From positions 64,001-128,000 of the forward strand of contig CAVWFS010000007.1 in NCBI GenBank assembly GCA_963754315.1: DNA of 64,000 bases. Direction: 5' to 3'. The translations under genes and the position numbers were made by a program. The notes beneath the pieces are model-generated. The model did no database searches, had not been told where the DNA came from, and saw only the letters and a program-made list of their open reading frames with translations. Every line of letters starts with the position of its first letter. Within the stretch, counting starts at the first letter, position 1. Origin of the DNA: an uncultured Candidatus Rokubacteria bacterium (lineage in GTDB: Bacteria; Methylomirabilota; Methylomirabilia; Rokubacteriales; CSP1-6). Positions 19,573 through 30,988 of the stretch are shown here, in pieces.

Positions 19573-21452
19573 TCGTCGTTCACCTCCCCTCCCGCAGCGA
19601 CATGAACTACACCCGTATCGGGCAAACGGTCGGACGGTTCTGAGGGTTCCGGCGGGTGAAAGTACTCGTGCAGGCGCTGGGCCAGCTTTGGCGTAACCTT
19701 CGGGACCGACGCCAGCTCAGCCACCGACGCTTCGCGAACACGCCGGGCCGAGCCGAGGGTCTTGAGCAGGCTCGTGCGAATGGCGGGGCCCACGCCCGGA
19801 ATGGTATCGAGCACCGACTGGATTGTCCGCTTCGCGCGTAGGGTCTTGTGGTAGGTGATGGCGAAGCGGTGCGCCTCGTCGCGGATCTTCTGCAGAGCCT
19901 GGAGTCCCGGTGAGGTCGGATCCAGGACGAGGGGATGCAGGCTGTCGGGGCGATAGACTTCCTCTTCCTGCTTGGCGAGCGCGATCACCGGGAGATAGTC
20001 GAGCCCGAGCTCCTGCAGCACGCGCACGCCGACGTTGAGCTGTCCGCGGCCTCCGTCGATGAGCACGAGATCCGGGAGGGTGTTGCCTTCCTGGAGGGCG
20101 CGGGCAAAACGGCGCTGCAGAACCTCGCGCAAGGAGGCGAAGTCGTCGGCGCCCGCGACCGTCTTGATCCGAAATCGCTTGTAGTCGTCCTTCTTCATGC
20201 TGCCGTTCTCCCAGACCACCATGGAACCGACCTGCTCCGTGCCCTGGGTATTGGAGATGTCGTAGCCCTCGATGCGGTTGGGGACCTCGTTCAGAGCCAG
20301 CACACGCTGGAGCTCCTCCAAGATAACCTGCTGCCGATTGCCGCGGGCCAGCAGATGGTTCTGCAGGGCGATGGCGGCATTCGCCTCGGCCATGGCCACG
20401 AACTCCCGCTTGCCTCCCCGCTGTGGCGTGTGCAGTTGCACCCGTCGCCGGGCCAGGGCGGACAGCCATTCCTCGATCAGCGGGGCCTCGGGCACGTCCT
20501 CAGAGACCAGGATCTCCGGGGCGGGGATCACGTTCTTCGAGTAGAACTGTCGCAGGAAGGCCGAGAGGATCTCCCCTTCCCCCGTTCCGGCGAGACGGTC
20601 GAAGAAGAAGGCCTCTTGGCCGACCAATCGACCTCGCCGGACGAAGAAGAGCTCCACGCAGGCGTCGGCGCCCTGCCGGACCAGACCGACGACGTCCTGG
20701 TCGACCTCGACCGTGGAGATCATCTTCTGCCGTTCTCGCACGCGATTGAGAGCCTGGATCCGGTCGCGCAGCATGGCCGCCCGCTCGAAGTTCAAGGCGG
20801 CGGCGGCGCCTTCCATCTCCTGGGTGAGGGTTGTCGCGAGAGAGTCGTGCTTGCCCTCCAGGAACCGTTGCACATCGGCGATCGTGCGGGCGTACCCCTC
20901 GCGGGTCTCCCACCCTGTGCAGGGGGCGTGGCAACGACCGATATGATACTGGATGCACGGCCGCTCGAGACGTCCGTCAATCTCGATGGAACAGGTTCGG
21001 AGGGCAAAGAGCTGACGGGTCAAACGCAAGGTTTCCCGCATGGCGGTGGCCGGATAGTAGGGACCGTAGTAGGTGGCCCCGTCGCTGGCCACACGGCGGG
21101 CAACCAGGAGGCGCGGGAACGGCTCGTTGGTGGTCAGCTTGAGGAACGGATAGTGCTTGTCGTCGCGCAGGATGATGTTGTAGCGAGGCCGGTGCTTGCG
21201 AACGAAGGTGGCCTCCAGCATCAGCGCCTCGAGCTCGTTGTCGGTCACGACGTACTCGAGGTCGCGGATCTGCCGGACGAGGGCGTCCGTCTTGGGATCG
21301 CGCGGGCGCGCCTCCTGGAAATAGGAACGGACCCGCGAGCGCAGCGAGGCGGCCTTGCCCACGTAGATCACCTGGACCTTGGCATCCTTGAACAGATAGA
21401 CACCCGGTCGCTCGGGAAGACGCTCGAGCTTGATGTCCAGCGGCTCGTTCAT
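19569..21452 (-). CDS. uvrC: Excinuclease ABC subunit C
   Basis: GVY..IYVGKA GIY-YIG domain, [16 protein letters not shown], HhH. Confidence 0.98.
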   Translation of the reverse strand: MNEPLDIKLERLPERPGVYLFKDAKVQVIYVGKAASLRSRVRSYFQEARPRDPKTDALVRQIRDLEYVVTDNELEALMLEATFVRKHRPRYNIILRDDKHYPFLKLTTNEPFPRLLVARRVASDGATYYGPYYPATAMRETLRLTRQLFALRTCSIEIDGRLERPCIQYHIGRCHAPCTGWETREGYARTIADVQRFLEGKHDSLATTLTQEMEGAAAALNFERAAMLRDRIQALNRVRERQKMISTVEVDQDVVGLVRQGADACVELFFVRRGRLVGQEAFFFDRLAGTGEGEILSAFLRQFYSKNVIPAPEILVSEDVPEAPLIEEWLSALARRRVQLHTPQRGGKREFVAMAEANAAIALQNHLLARGNRQQVILEELQRVLALNEVPNRIEGYDISNTQGTEQVGSMVVWENGSMKKDDYKRFRIKTVAGADDFASLREVLQRRFARALQEGNTLPDLVLIDGGRGQLNVGVRVLQELGLDYLPVIALAKQEEEVYRPDSLHPLVLDPTSPGLQALQKIRDEAHRFAITYHKTLRAKRTIQSVLDTIPGVGPAIRTSLLKTLGSARRVREASVAELASVPKVTPKLAQRLHEYFHPPEPSEPSDRLPDTGVVHVAAGGEVNDE

Positions 21453-23425
21453 AGATGGCGCCGGCGCAGGGCCCGCACTCGGTCGCGCAGATCGGCGGCC
21501 TGCTCGAAGTCCAGCCGGCGGGCGGCATCCTTCATCTGGTTCTCGAGCTCTTCGATGCGCTTGGCCAGCTCGTCGGCGGAGAGGACCGTCTCCGGCGTCT
21601 CCTGCACCTGCACCGTATAGTAGTCCCGCTCATAGATGCTCTGCAGCACCTCGTGGATCGAGCGCTGGACGGACTCTGGGGTGATCCCGTGCTCGGCATT
21701 GTAGGCAGCCTGCCGCTCGCGGCGCCGGTCGGTTTCCCGGATGGCCGCGGCCATGGACGCGGTCACCCGGTCGGCGTACATGATGACCTCTCCCCCCACG
21801 TGCCGGGCCGCCCGGCCCGCCGTCTGGATGAGCGAGGTGCCGGAGCGCAGGTAGCCCTCTTTGTCGGCGTCCAGGATGGCCACCAAGGATACCTCGGGGA
21901 TGTCGAGCCCCTCCCGGAGCAGGTTGATCCCGACCAGGCAGTCGAACTTGCCGAGGCGTAGATCGCGAATGAGGGCCGTGCGATCCAAAGTGTCGATGTC
22001 CGAGTGCAGGTAGCGCACCCGGACACCGGCCTGCTGGTAGTACTCGGTGAGATCCTCGGCCATGCGCTTGGTGAGGGTGGTCACCAGCACCCGCTCCTCG
22101 CGCTCGGCGCGGGCCCGGATCTCGTGCAGAAGGTCGTCGACTTGGTCACGCGCGGGCCGCACGCTCATGGCGGGATCCATGAGCCCCGTGGGCCGGATCA
22201 CCTGGTCCACCACGGCGTGCTGAGCCTGCTCCAGCTCGTAGACGTCCGGGGTGGCCGAGACGTAGACACTTTGGCTGACGCGCGCGGTGAACTCGTCGAA
22301 TGTCAGCGGGCGGTTGTCGAAGGCTGACGGCAACCGAAAGCCGTATTCGACCAGAGTCTCCTTGCGGGACCGGTCACCGTGATACATCCCGCGCAGCTGG
22401 GGGACGGCCACGTGACTCTCGTCGATGATGACGAGGGCATCAGGCGGAAGGTAATCAATGAGCGTGGGAGGGGGATGTCCAGGGCGATGGCCGGTCAGGT
22501 GCCGGGAGTAGTTCTCGATCCCGTGGCAGAAGCCGAGCTCCCGTAGCATCTCCATGTCGAAGATGGTGCGCTGCTCGAGCCGCTGGGCCTCCAGCAGCCG
22601 CTGGCGGCTCCGCAGAAAGGTCAGCCGCTCGCCCAGCTCCTCCTGGATGGTCGTGAGCGCGTGCTCGATCTGGGAGGCTGGCGTCACGTAGTGGCTGGCC
22701 GGGTACACGCTCAGGTGATCGACGCGTTCGAGGAGAATGCCCTTCAGGGGATCGACTCGGTGCAGCGCTTCCACCACGTCGCCGAACAGCTCGATGCGCA
22801 GGGCGCTGGCCTCTTCGTTGGCGGGAAACACTTCCACCACGTCGCCTCGCACTCGAAAGGTGCCCCGGTGGAAGTCGTAGTCGTTGCGTTCGTACTGCAT
22901 GGCCACCAGGCGGCGGATGATCTCGTCGCGATCGACCCGGTCGCCCTCACCCAGTGCCAGATGCATACCCTCATAGGTGTCGGGGGCGCCGATGCCGTAG
23001 ATGCACGATACCGAAGCCACCACCACCACGTCACGGCGCTGCATGAGCGAGGTGGTGGCCGAATGCCGCATACGGTCGATCTCGTCGTTGACGAGGGCAT
23101 CCTTCTCGATGTACGTGTCCGACTGCGGAATGTACGCCTCAGGCTGGTAGTAGTCGTAATACGACACGAAGTACTCGACGGCATTGCGGGGAAAGAAGGA
23201 TCGGAACTCGCCGTAGAGCTGAGCGGCCAAGGTCTTGTTGGGCGAGATCACCAGGGACGGACGCTGGATGTTGGCGATCACGTTGGCCATCGTGTAGGTC
23301 TTACCCGACCCGGTCACCCCGCGCAGCACCAGATGCCGGCGTCCCGCCCGCACGGCCGCCGTCAGGGCCTCGATGGCCTGCGGCTGGTCGCCGCGCGGCT
23401 GATACTCCGACACCAGCTCGAACAT
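21449..23425 (-). CDS. uvrB: Excinuclease ABC subunit B
   Basis: [23 protein letters not shown]-terminal UVR domain. Confidence 0.98.
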   Translation of the reverse strand: MFELVSEYQPRGDQPQAIEALTAAVRAGRRHLVLRGVTGSGKTYTMANVIANIQRPSLVISPNKTLAAQLYGEFRSFFPRNAVEYFVSYYDYYQPEAYIPQSDTYIEKDALVNDEIDRMRHSATTSLMQRRDVVVVASVSCIYGIGAPDTYEGMHLALGEGDRVDRDEIIRRLVAMQYERNDYDFHRGTFRVRGDVVEVFPANEEASALRIELFGDVVEALHRVDPLKGILLERVDHLSVYPASHYVTPASQIEHALTTIQEELGERLTFLRSRQRLLEAQRLEQRTIFDMEMLRELGFCHGIENYSRHLTGHRPGHPPPTLIDYLPPDALVIIDESHVAVPQLRGMYHGDRSRKETLVEYGFRLPSAFDNRPLTFDEFTARVSQSVYVSATPDVYELEQAQHAVVDQVIRPTGLMDPAMSVRPARDQVDDLLHEIRARAEREERVLVTTLTKRMAEDLTEYYQQAGVRVRYLHSDIDTLDRTALIRDLRLGKFDCLVGINLLREGLDIPEVSLVAILDADKEGYLRSGTSLIQTAGRAARHVGGEVIMYADRVTASMAAAIRETDRRRERQAAYNAEHGITPESVQRSIHEVLQSIYERDYYTVQVQETPETVLSADELAKRIEELENQMKDAARRLDFEQAADLRDRVRALRRRHL

Positions 23426-23450
23426 GAGAACCGGGCGGCCGCTCTGCCCC

Positions 23451-23975
23451 TCAGCTGGGGACGCTGACCAGGTATTTCCGCCAGGAATCGATCAGCGAAT
23501 GCGCAAAGGGGTGACGGAGAAGGTGGGTTGAAAAGAGGAACTTCGGATGCACGGGCTCGCGCAGAAGCCGCATACCGACTTCCTCCGGCAAGCGATTGCC
23601 CTTCTTGAGATTACAGCGCAGGCAGGCGGCTACCACGTTCGTCCAGGCTGTCTCCCCCCCCCGGGACCGCGGGACGATATGATCGACGGTGAGGCGCTCG
23701 CCCCGACGCGTGCAGTACTGGCACGTGTAGCTGTCCCGCCGCAGGATGTTCTTCTTGTTGAAGGCGACCCGATCGAGGAAGGGCTTGCGAATGTAGACGG
23801 CCAACCGGATCACGGCGGGGAGCGCCAGCACCAGGGAGGGTGACCGGATCACCCGGGGCGAGGCTTCCACCGGTTCCGCCTTGCCACTGAGCAACAGGGA
23901 GATCGCGCGACGGGCATTGGTGAATTGCAAGGGCTCGAAGGTGTTGTTCAGGACCAGGACGGCGATCTCGTCCAT
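23451..23975 (-). CDS. HNH endonuclease (McrA/HNH_5-like)
   Basis: [32 protein letters not shown]. Confidence 0.92.
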   Translation of the reverse strand: MDEIAVLVLNNTFEPLQFTNARRAISLLLSGKAEPVEASPRVIRSPSLVLALPAVIRLAVYIRKPFLDRVAFNKKNILRRDSYTCQYCTRRGERLTVDHIVPRSRGGETAWTNVVAACLRCNLKKGNRLPEEVGMRLLREPVHPKFLFSTHLLRHPFAHSLIDSWRKYLVSVPS

Positions 23976-23982
23976 TCGACCC

Positions 23983-24012
23983 AGAATAGTCGGCCCTCGA
24001 GGGGAGTGTCAA
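23983..24012 (-). promoter_or_regulatory. Sigma70 promoter for HNH-uvrB-uvrC (leaderless)
   Basis: TTGACA-N18-TATTCT-N7-ATG, no SD. Confidence 0.75.
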
Positions 24013-24028
24013 ATCTGCTACACCACTC

Positions 24029-24059
24029 GGCACGCCCCGCCCGCTCGGCAGGGCGTGCC
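24029..24059 (-). terminator. Hairpin downstream of cytochrome c gene
   Basis: GGCACGCCC...GGGCGTGCC perfect 9-bp stem, no U-tract. Confidence 0.45.
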
Positions 24060-24080
24060 CAGACGCACGCGGGGCCCGAG

Positions 24081-24479
24081 TTACTTCTTGAGCGTGCGGA
24101 TGAAGTTCACGATCTCCCAGCGCTCCTTGTCCGGCAGATGCTTCCAAGGTGGCATGGCGCCTCGCCCATTGGAGATCTTCCAGAAGAGCTCACCATCGCT
24201 CTCCGCTTGGACCTTGGCCGATGTCCAATCCGCCGGCTTGGGCGGAGGAAGAGCCGCCGCCGCCGGGCCGTCACCCTTTCCGGAGGCGCCGTGACACGAG
24301 ACGCAATTGGTCTCGATGGCCTTCTTCGCGTTCCCTACGCCCTTCACGGGGTTCTTTACCGCCTTGGCGTCAGCGGGAGCACGCCACTCCCCTTGTGCCG
24401 ACACACCACCGACTGTGACACCGACCCCAAACGCCATCGAAGCGGCCGCCACGACGACTGCCCTGACACGCGCGCCCAT
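24081..24479 (-). CDS. Monoheme periplasmic cytochrome c
   Basis: Signal peptide, CVSCH heme motif, MPPW axial Met, GAGGAG RBS before ATG 24479. Confidence 0.93.
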   Translation of the reverse strand: MGARVRAVVVAAASMAFGVGVTVGGVSAQGEWRAPADAKAVKNPVKGVGNAKKAIETNCVSCHGASGKGDGPAAAALPPPKPADWTSAKVQAESDGELFWKISNGRGAMPPWKHLPDKERWEIVNFIRTLKK

Positions 24480-24502
24480 TGAATCTCCTCTTCGCTGAGT
24501 GA

Positions 24503-24554
24503 TCGTGATGAAATTCACAATGAATTGTACCATCTATATCGGGAGCGGGGTCAA
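24503..24554 (-). promoter_or_regulatory. Promoter with Rex/CRP-type palindromic operator for cytochrome c
   Basis: TTGACC, then TGG-TACAAT (24524-24529), then TTGTGAATTTCATCACGA (24503-24520). Confidence 0.7.
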
Positions 24555-24633
24555 GCCGCCCCTCAGTGCGGTAATCCTCGGACCTCCCCCGGGGTTCCTT
24601 GAATGGGGACTGGTCCCGTCCCACTCCCACGGC

Positions 24634-26034
24634 TCAGCGCCCTAGCGCCCGAAGCATGTCATCGGTCCGCGTGAACTTCAGACGGGGACGCCCGAGGGCG
24701 CGGCCCCGCTCGACCTCGATCGCATTCAACCGTTGCCAGTCCGGGTAGGAGACGTACTTCGGCTGGCGATCACGCAGCATCTGCTCCGCTTCCGCCGCCG
24801 AGGCACGAGGCGCGGGCAGGTACAGATCGTGGGCGAGATCTTCCAGCATGCAGGCCACGGTTTCCGCCGCGTCCGGCTTGTTGGTGCCAATGACGCCGGT
24901 GGGGCCACGCTTGATCCAGCCGCCAGCGTATTCGCCCGGTGTCGGCTTCTTGGAATCGGGGTCGAGAACGCGCCCCTTCTCGTTGAGGATGACGCTCCAG
25001 CTCTCGTTGAAGGGAACCCCCGGCAAGGGGACCCCCCGATAGCCTACGGAACGGAAGACGAGCCCTACCGCCAGCTGCTCGAACTGATCGGTGGCCTCGG
25101 CTTGAACGGTCCCGGTGGCGGTGGCATACAGGCAATTTCTCACCAAGCGCAGCGCGACCACCTCTCCCGCCGCATTGCCGGTGATCTCCACGGGCGAGAC
25201 CAGAAAGCGGATGACGAGGCGGCGGGTCTTCCCGCGCAGTGCCCGAGTCGAGTAGCTCTGGAGAATCTCGACCTTCTTGAAGCCGGCCCGATCCTGGCTT
25301 CGCTCGAGCGCCCTCCGGCTCAGCTCGTCGATCGCGACCTCTTCGGGCAGGGTGATGATATCGGCGTCGGCGAGCTCACCCAGTTCCTTGATCTCTGGGT
25401 TCGTAAAGGCGGCTTGGGCGGGGCCGCGTCGACCAAGCAAATATACCTCGCGGATGCGGCTCTTGCGCAGGGCCTCGAGCGCGTAGTCGGCGATGTCGGT
25501 CTTCTCGAGTTCCTCGGTGGAGCGGCAGAGGATACGGGCCACGTCGATGGCGACGTTGCCCACTCCGACCACGGCCGCCCGCTCCTGCGAGAGGTCGAAT
25601 TGGCAGTCGCTGAATTCGGGATGGCCGTTGTACCAGGCCACAAATTCGGTGGCCGGGTAGCTCCGCTGCAGGTCCTCCCCGGGGATGCCCATGCGGCGGT
25701 CCGTCTGCGCACCGGTGGCGTAGAAGATCTGGTGATAGTGCTGGCGCAGATCGTCGACGGTGACGTGCTTTCCGAGCTCGACACAACCGAAGAACCGGAA
25801 ACCGGGTAGCCCGGCGACCTTGTCGAAGGCGGCTGTGACCGCCTTGATCTTCTGGTGGTCGGGGGCGACGCCACCGCGGACCAGGCCGAAGGGCGTGGGC
25901 AAGCGGTCGAGCATGTCCACCTCGACGACCAGATCAGGCTGACGCAGCAGCTGGTCAGCGGCATAAAACCCGGTGGGTCCGGCGCCGACGATGGCAACTC
26001 TCAGCGGTTGCTCCCGGGTGCCCGGCCGGCTCAT
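24634..26034 (-). CDS. Ferredoxin-NADP+ reductase (FprA/adrenodoxin-reductase type)
   Basis: GAGPTG, PFGLVRGGVAPDH, GVGNVAID, GWIKRGPTGVIGTN. Alternative start 26049. Confidence 0.92.
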   Translation of the reverse strand: MSRPGTREQPLRVAIVGAGPTGFYAADQLLRQPDLVVEVDMLDRLPTPFGLVRGGVAPDHQKIKAVTAAFDKVAGLPGFRFFGCVELGKHVTVDDLRQHYHQIFYATGAQTDRRMGIPGEDLQRSYPATEFVAWYNGHPEFSDCQFDLSQERAAVVGVGNVAIDVARILCRSTEELEKTDIADYALEALRKSRIREVYLLGRRGPAQAAFTNPEIKELGELADADIITLPEEVAIDELSRRALERSQDRAGFKKVEILQSYSTRALRGKTRRLVIRFLVSPVEITGNAAGEVVALRLVRNCLYATATGTVQAEATDQFEQLAVGLVFRSVGYRGVPLPGVPFNESWSVILNEKGRVLDPDSKKPTPGEYAGGWIKRGPTGVIGTNKPDAAETVACMLEDLAHDLYLPAPRASAAEAEQMLRDRQPKYVSYPDWQRLNAIEVERGRALGRPRLKFTRTDDMLRALGR

Positions 26035-26053
26035 CGACGCCAGACCCACCCCC

Positions 26054-26488
26054 TCACGTGAGCTCGCCCAGCAGCTGGATCTGCAGCGTATCGACCTCGC
26101 CGCGATAGCTGTCTCGCTGGGCCTTCACCACGTCGCCGATCGACACGATTCCAATCAGACGTCCCTTGTCGACGATCGGCAGGTGGCGGATGCGCCTCGT
26201 GGTCATGGTGTCGCCCACGGCCAGGAGATCGTCCTGCGGCGTACCAAGGACGAGGTCCGAGGTCATGATGTCCCGGACGCGTTGCGTGAAGAGCTGCTCA
26301 CTGCGCGCCGCCTCGCGGACGATGTCGCGCTCCGACACGATCCCGACGGGGGCTGCGCTTTCGTCCACGACGACGAGAGCACCGATGTTGTGACGAGCGA
26401 GCAGGCTGAGTGCCTCTCTGATCGTCTGTTCCGGGCGGGTGGTCACTACCAGAGATCCCTTGGTCGCCAGAAGGTTTGCGATGTTCAT
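26054..26488 (-). CDS. CBS-domain protein
   Basis: Tandem CBS: HNIGALVV..GIVSERD and RIRHLPIV..GIVSIGD. Confidence 0.93.
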   Translation of the reverse strand: MNIANLLATKGSLVVTTRPEQTIREALSLLARHNIGALVVVDESAAPVGIVSERDIVREAARSEQLFTQRVRDIMTSDLVLGTPQDDLLAVGDTMTTRRIRHLPIVDKGRLIGIVSIGDVVKAQRDSYRGEVDTLQIQLLGELT

Positions 26489-26592
26489 CTCAGGTCTCCG
26501 TGCTCACGAGGGCATAGGCCGCCGGCGCGCTCCGCGAGCCACTTCTGATCTTACCGCAAGGGCGCCTCAGCGTAAGCCGACCGCCCTCTCCC

Positions 26593-28134
26593 CTACCCCG
26601 CCGAGCCCGGGTCGCGCGCGGCTAGACGACACAGGGCGGCGGCGGCCCCGTAGCCCCCCGCGAGCTGCAGGGGTAGTCCGGAGGGCGGAGCCCACGGCCA
26701 GAACAGGGCGCCGCTCGCGAGCGGGGAGTGGATCAGACCGCACAGCGTAGCCATGCTGGCCACACCGAGCGCCACCGCCGCCAGGCCGAAGCGTTGCTCG
26801 ATGATGAAGACGGTTGCCGAACTCCACAGAAGAGCCGTGAGGATGAAGCCGTTACCGAGGACGGTGATCGTCGCAAAGCTCAGCGCGGCCTCCGGAGCCA
26901 GATCGGCGGCGCTCTTGCCGACCCCGGCCAGCAAGCTGCCCGACTGAATCAGGACAAGAGCGGCGATCACCGGAAGGAACCCGATGGCCACCGCCGCCCC
27001 GTGCTGCGGTGGTGAGGCCAGGAAGCCCTGGGCGGTGATCTCGAGGCCAACGAAGATGAGAATGGTGGCCACCGCCGCCTCGGGCAACATGGCTACCACC
27101 CATGGAAGAATCCCGAGCGAGGCTCCGACGCCGATCACCAACGCCGTGGCCAGCGTGTACCCCGCCCGCGCCCCCATGGCCTTGTAGGCGGGATGACCGA
27201 TGTAGGGCGTGTTCTGGACGACGCCGCCGCACACGCCGGCGACGACGGTAGCGATCGCTTCCGTCAGGAGGATGTCCCGCGTGCGATAGCCGTCGCCGGC
27301 CGCCAGCGCACTCTCGGTGTTGTCGATACCCCCGATCGTCGTGAGCAGGGCAAAGGGGAGCGCGATCGATAGGTACGGTACGGCCACGGTCCACGCCTCC
27401 AGCCAGGCCAGGGTCGGATACGGAATGGCCAGCGTCCAGGATGTCGGGGTGGGCACGACCGTCGAGATGCTGGCGCCGAACCAAGCGGCGATCCAGGCCA
27501 CCAGTACGCCGGCGGCAACGGCCACGCACGCCCCGGGAATGCCGAAGGGCATGCGGACCCGCCCGAGCAGTGCGAGCAGGAGAACCGTGAGCGCCACCAG
27601 GCCGACAAGAGGATCGCGCCAAACCTTGAGCGCGGGAAGGAAGGCAATCAACAGGATGGACACGGCAGCGATGGAGCCCAACAGCGCGGCCCGCGGCACC
27701 ACCCGGCGTGTCCAGTCACCCACGAAGGCCAGGGCGGTCTTGGCGAGGCCAACAGCGATGGTGACGGCCATCCCGACCTTCCACGCGAGCTCGGCATCGC
27801 CGGTCGCCAGCATGACCGGGCCCAGCACGCCAAACACCATAGCGAAGAGCGTCGGGGTGTCGATCCCAAAGGGCATGGCGGTGACGTCGGTGCGGCCTGT
27901 GCGTCGCATCAGTCGTACAGCGAGCACGGTGTAGGCGAGGTCGCCCACGAGCACACCGAGGGCGGTTCCAGGCACCATGCGGTAGAGCACGAGGTCGGGC
28001 GGGAACTTGAAAACACCGACGAGGAGGCTGGTCAAAATGATCAGCTGGGTAACGTTATCGAGGGCAAGTCCTAGGAAGCCGTTGAGGTCACCTGGGCGGA
28101 TCCAGAGAGGCCAATGTCGCGAGCGGTCCATCAC
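26593..28134 (-). CDS. NCS2/AzgA-like nucleobase or vitamin permease
   Basis: GDLNGFLGL..DN, TAMPFGIDTP, PYIGHPAYKAMGARAGY, many TM segments. Confidence 0.8.
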   Translation of the reverse strand: MMDRSRHWPLWIRPGDLNGFLGLALDNVTQLIILTSLLVGVFKFPPDLVLYRMVPGTALGVLVGDLAYTVLAVRLMRRTGRTDVTAMPFGIDTPTLFAMVFGVLGPVMLATGDAELAWKVGMAVTIAVGLAKTALAFVGDWTRRVVPRAALLGSIAAVSILLIAFLPALKVWRDPLVGLVALTVLLLALLGRVRMPFGIPGACVAVAAGVLVAWIAAWFGASISTVVPTPTSWTLAIPYPTLAWLEAWTVAVPYLSIALPFALLTTIGGIDNTESALAAGDGYRTRDILLTEAIATVVAGVCGGVVQNTPYIGHPAYKAMGARAGYTLATALVIGVGASLGILPWVVAMLPEAAVATILIFVGLEITAQGFLASPPQHGAAVAIGFLPVIAALVLIQSGSLLAGVGKSAADLAPEAALSFATITVLGNGFILTALLWSSATVFIIEQRFGLAAVALGVASMATLCGLIHSPLASGALFWPWAPPSGLPLQLAGGYGAAAALCRLAARDPGSAG

Positions 28135-28182
28135 GGTCTCGTGTTCAGGCCGTGGTCCGGATCGGCTCGTCAGGCGTCGGTA

Positions 28183-28485
28183 CTACTCGGCGCGCCCGAC
28201 CGCAGCCGCCGTTGAAACCAGCGCGCGCACCTGAGCGCGCACTTTGTCAGCCCGGGCCTGACACCAGGCGAGGTTTCCACGGTTGTCGGCCACCTCCCGG
28301 TAGTTGACCTCCGAGACCGAGCTCAGCTGATTCCCGAGACGAAAGCCGACACCGTACGAGCCGCCCTCGCCTTCCGCCCGTGCATCCAGGATGACCTCGG
28401 CCCGGGGATCTTCCCGCTTGGCATGGGAGGTGGTGAAGTTCCAAAGCCAGCGGCCGACCTCTTCGTAGGTGCCCCCCGAGAACAC
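28183..28485 (-). CDS. Hypothetical protein (100 aa)
   Basis: Fills the gap between permease and nrdJ with plausible composition. TAGAAT -10 lies 6 nt before the GTG. Confidence 0.75.
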   Translation of the reverse strand: MFSGGTYEEVGRWLWNFTTSHAKREDPRAEVILDARAEGEGGSYGVGFRLGNQLSSVSEVNYREVADNRGNLAWCQARADKVRAQVRALVSTAAAVGRAE

Positions 28486-28541
28486 GCCGCAATTCTAGCG
28501 CGGACGCTTTGCGAGCACGCGTTACGTGGGTTCCCACGGGG

Positions 28542-30829
28542 TCAGCATTCGTTGAATCCGCAGGAGAGACACTTCTTGCATCCCTCCTCGTAGACGAATG
28601 TTGCCTGTCCGCATTCCTTGCAGAGATCGCCGATTCGCTTGGAGGTTGTCTCCCCTGCCGCTGGCGAGGACATCGGCTTGATCTGGCCCAGATGCTCGGC
28701 GAGGGTTCGCGCCAGCGCGTCGGGCAAGGAGAGGATCTTTCCGGGGCCAAAGCCCATGGACGAGCCTCCACCGATGCGGGACAACTGGCTGATAACTTCC
28801 TCAAGCCGTCTCGTAGGCGACAAGGGCGAAGGAAGCCTCAATGTGAGCGAAATGAGTCGTCCGAGGGCCTCGGCCACGGCCATGGTATCGGAGCCGCCCT
28901 TCCCGACCTGGACGAACACCTCGAATGGGTCACCGTCCGGTGTGTCGTTGACCGTGATGAACGCAGTGCCGATCGGGGTTTCCATCCGGTACGTGGAGCC
29001 CTTGAGGCTATGGGGACGAGGCTTGATGACGGCCGGCCCGGGGCCTGGAAGCAAGCCGGCTTCCTTCTCCTTCTTGGCGCCGACGCCGACATTCAGCACT
29101 TGCTCGCCCTTGCAGCCGTCGCGGAACACCGTGATGCCGAGGCAGCCAAGGTCCCAAGCCAGCCGATAGGCGTTGGCCACATCGTCTTCACCGGCGCTGT
29201 TGGGGAGATTGATCGTCTTGGAGACACCGTTGTCCGTATGGCGCTGGAAAGCCGCCTGGTGGCGCACGTGCCAAACATAGGAGATCTCGTGTGACGTCTT
29301 GAAGACCCGCGCAGCCTCCTCGGGAACACCGGGAATGCCGTGCAGGGTTCCTCGCTGGACAATCTCCTGCATGAGGGCGTCGGAATAGAAGCCCTGCTCC
29401 CGGGCGATCCGCTCGAACGTCTCGTTCACGAACGTCAGCACGCGTTCCCCGTCGGCCTGCTTGACGCGATGCTCGAAGGCGAGGGCGAAGATTGGCTCGA
29501 CCCCGGAGGAGCATCCGGCGATCATCGAGATGGTGCCGGTGGGGGCGATGGTCGTGACCGTCGAGTTGCGCATGGGTCGGCCGAAGCGATAGATCGACTG
29601 GCTCCAGTTCGGGAAGGGTCCGCGCTCCTCGGCGAGCTTCGCGCACTGATCGTGGGAGATCTCTTTGACGAACGACATGACCTGATCGGCGAGATCGATG
29701 GCCTCCTGGCTGTCGTAGGGGATGCCCATGAGGAACAGCAGATCGGCCCAGCCCATGATGCCCAGTCCGATGCGACGGTTGGCCTTCACCGTCGCATCGA
29801 TCTCCGGGAGCGGGTACGGGTTCATCTCGATGACGTCGTCGAGAAAGCGCACGGCGAGCCGGATGACGCGCTCCATGTCGTCCCAGTCGATCGAGCTCTC
29901 ACCACCCGCGCGGCGCACGAACTTCGAGACATTCAAAGAGCCCAGGTTGCAGGCCTCGTTGGGCAAGAGCGGTTGTTCCCCGCAGGGGTTGGTCGCCTCG
30001 ACCGTCCCGATGTCCGGCGTCGGGTTGGCAGGACTGGCATTGATCCGATCGATGAAGACCATCCCGGGGTCGCCTGTCCGCCAGGCAGCGCGGACGATCC
30101 GCGCGAAGACCTCGCTCGCCGACAGCCGACCCGCCACGTCCTTCGTATGGGGATTGATGAGATCGTAATCCTGGCCCTTGCTGAGAGCTTCCATGAAGGC
30201 ATCGGTGGCGGCCACCGACACGTTGAAGTTGGTGATGCCGCCGTCCAGCTTGCACTCGATGAACTCCAGGATGTCGGGGTGGTCGACGCGCAGGATGCCC
30301 ATGTTGGCGCCGCGCCGAGTCCCCCCTGCTTGACGGCTTCGGTGGCGCTGTTGAACACGCGCAGGAACGAGACGGGGCCCGACGCTCGGCCGCCCGTCGA
30401 CTTGACCAGGTCGTCCTTCGGACGAAGGCGTGAGAAGGCGAATCCCGTTCCGCCGCCCGACTTGTGAATGATGGCGGCCGCCTTCACCGAGTCGAAGATT
30501 TCTTCCATCGAGTCGCCAACAGGCAAGACATAGCAGGCTGAGTACTGGAGCCCGTTACCTTTGCCCGCGTTCATCAGAGTGGGCGAGTTCGGGACAAAGG
30601 CCCCATCCACGATGACGTCGTAGAAGGCCGCGGCGATCTCTCCCACCGCAGCCGGACTGCGTCCGTACCGCTCCTCACCCGCCGCGATCGAGCGTGCGAC
30701 CCGCCAGCACATCTCTTCAGGGGTCTCCGCCACCTCGCCACCGCGGCGAGCGAGGTAGCGCTCCCGCAGGACTCGAAGCGCTGGCTCGGTCCACGTGCCG
30801 ACCTTACTTGGGCGAGTGTCAGACACCAT
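28542..30829 (-). CDS. nrdJ: Class II (B12-dependent) ribonucleotide reductase with C-terminal TSCPD-like/Zn-ribbon region, frameshifted at G6 run 30321-30326
   Basis: PNSPTLMNAG..SACYV, TNPCGEQPL, TIAPTGTIS. One added G restores KQGGTRRGANMG. Confidence 0.94.
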
Positions 30830-30933
30830 GAGGCTTCTCCTTTTCCCGGCGCCATCGGGGGTACGGGGCACCCTGTGCGAACAGCGCCCGACCATTCATC
30901 GTACCCCCGCCCATCCAGCTGCTCAACGACCCA

Positions 30934-30949
30934 ACACCACATCTTGTGG
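30934..30949. promoter_or_regulatory. NrdR box
   Basis: ACACCACATCTTGTGG matches the acaCwAtATaTwGtg consensus, just downstream of the nrdJ -10. Confidence 0.8.
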
Positions 30950-30957
30950 TGACGGGC

Positions 30958-30988
30958 ACTCTAGCATTCTGAATGTAGCGCCCGTCAA
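30958..30988 (-). promoter_or_regulatory. Sigma70 promoter of nrdJ
   Basis: TTGACG-N19-TAGAGT with TG extension. Confidence 0.55.

Noticed and set aside
17190..21620. Long plus-strand ORFs (717 aa, 561 aa) and similar ones opposite glcD, the ABC genes and tolC
   Set aside because: Antisense shadows of well-supported genes with no protein motifs
23654..23662. C9/G9 homopolymer in the HNH gene as a phase-variation switch
   Set aside because: It is in frame and encodes the conserved RGG motif, with no evidence of variation
23451..23975. HNH gene as a marker of a mobile element or defence island
   Set aside because: No integrase, transposase, methylase or compositional shift, and the flanks are core genes
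28542..30895. Two-subunit NrdJa/NrdJb or intein
   Set aside because: The break falls inside the conserved QGGxRRGA motif at a G homopolymer, and there are no intein motifs
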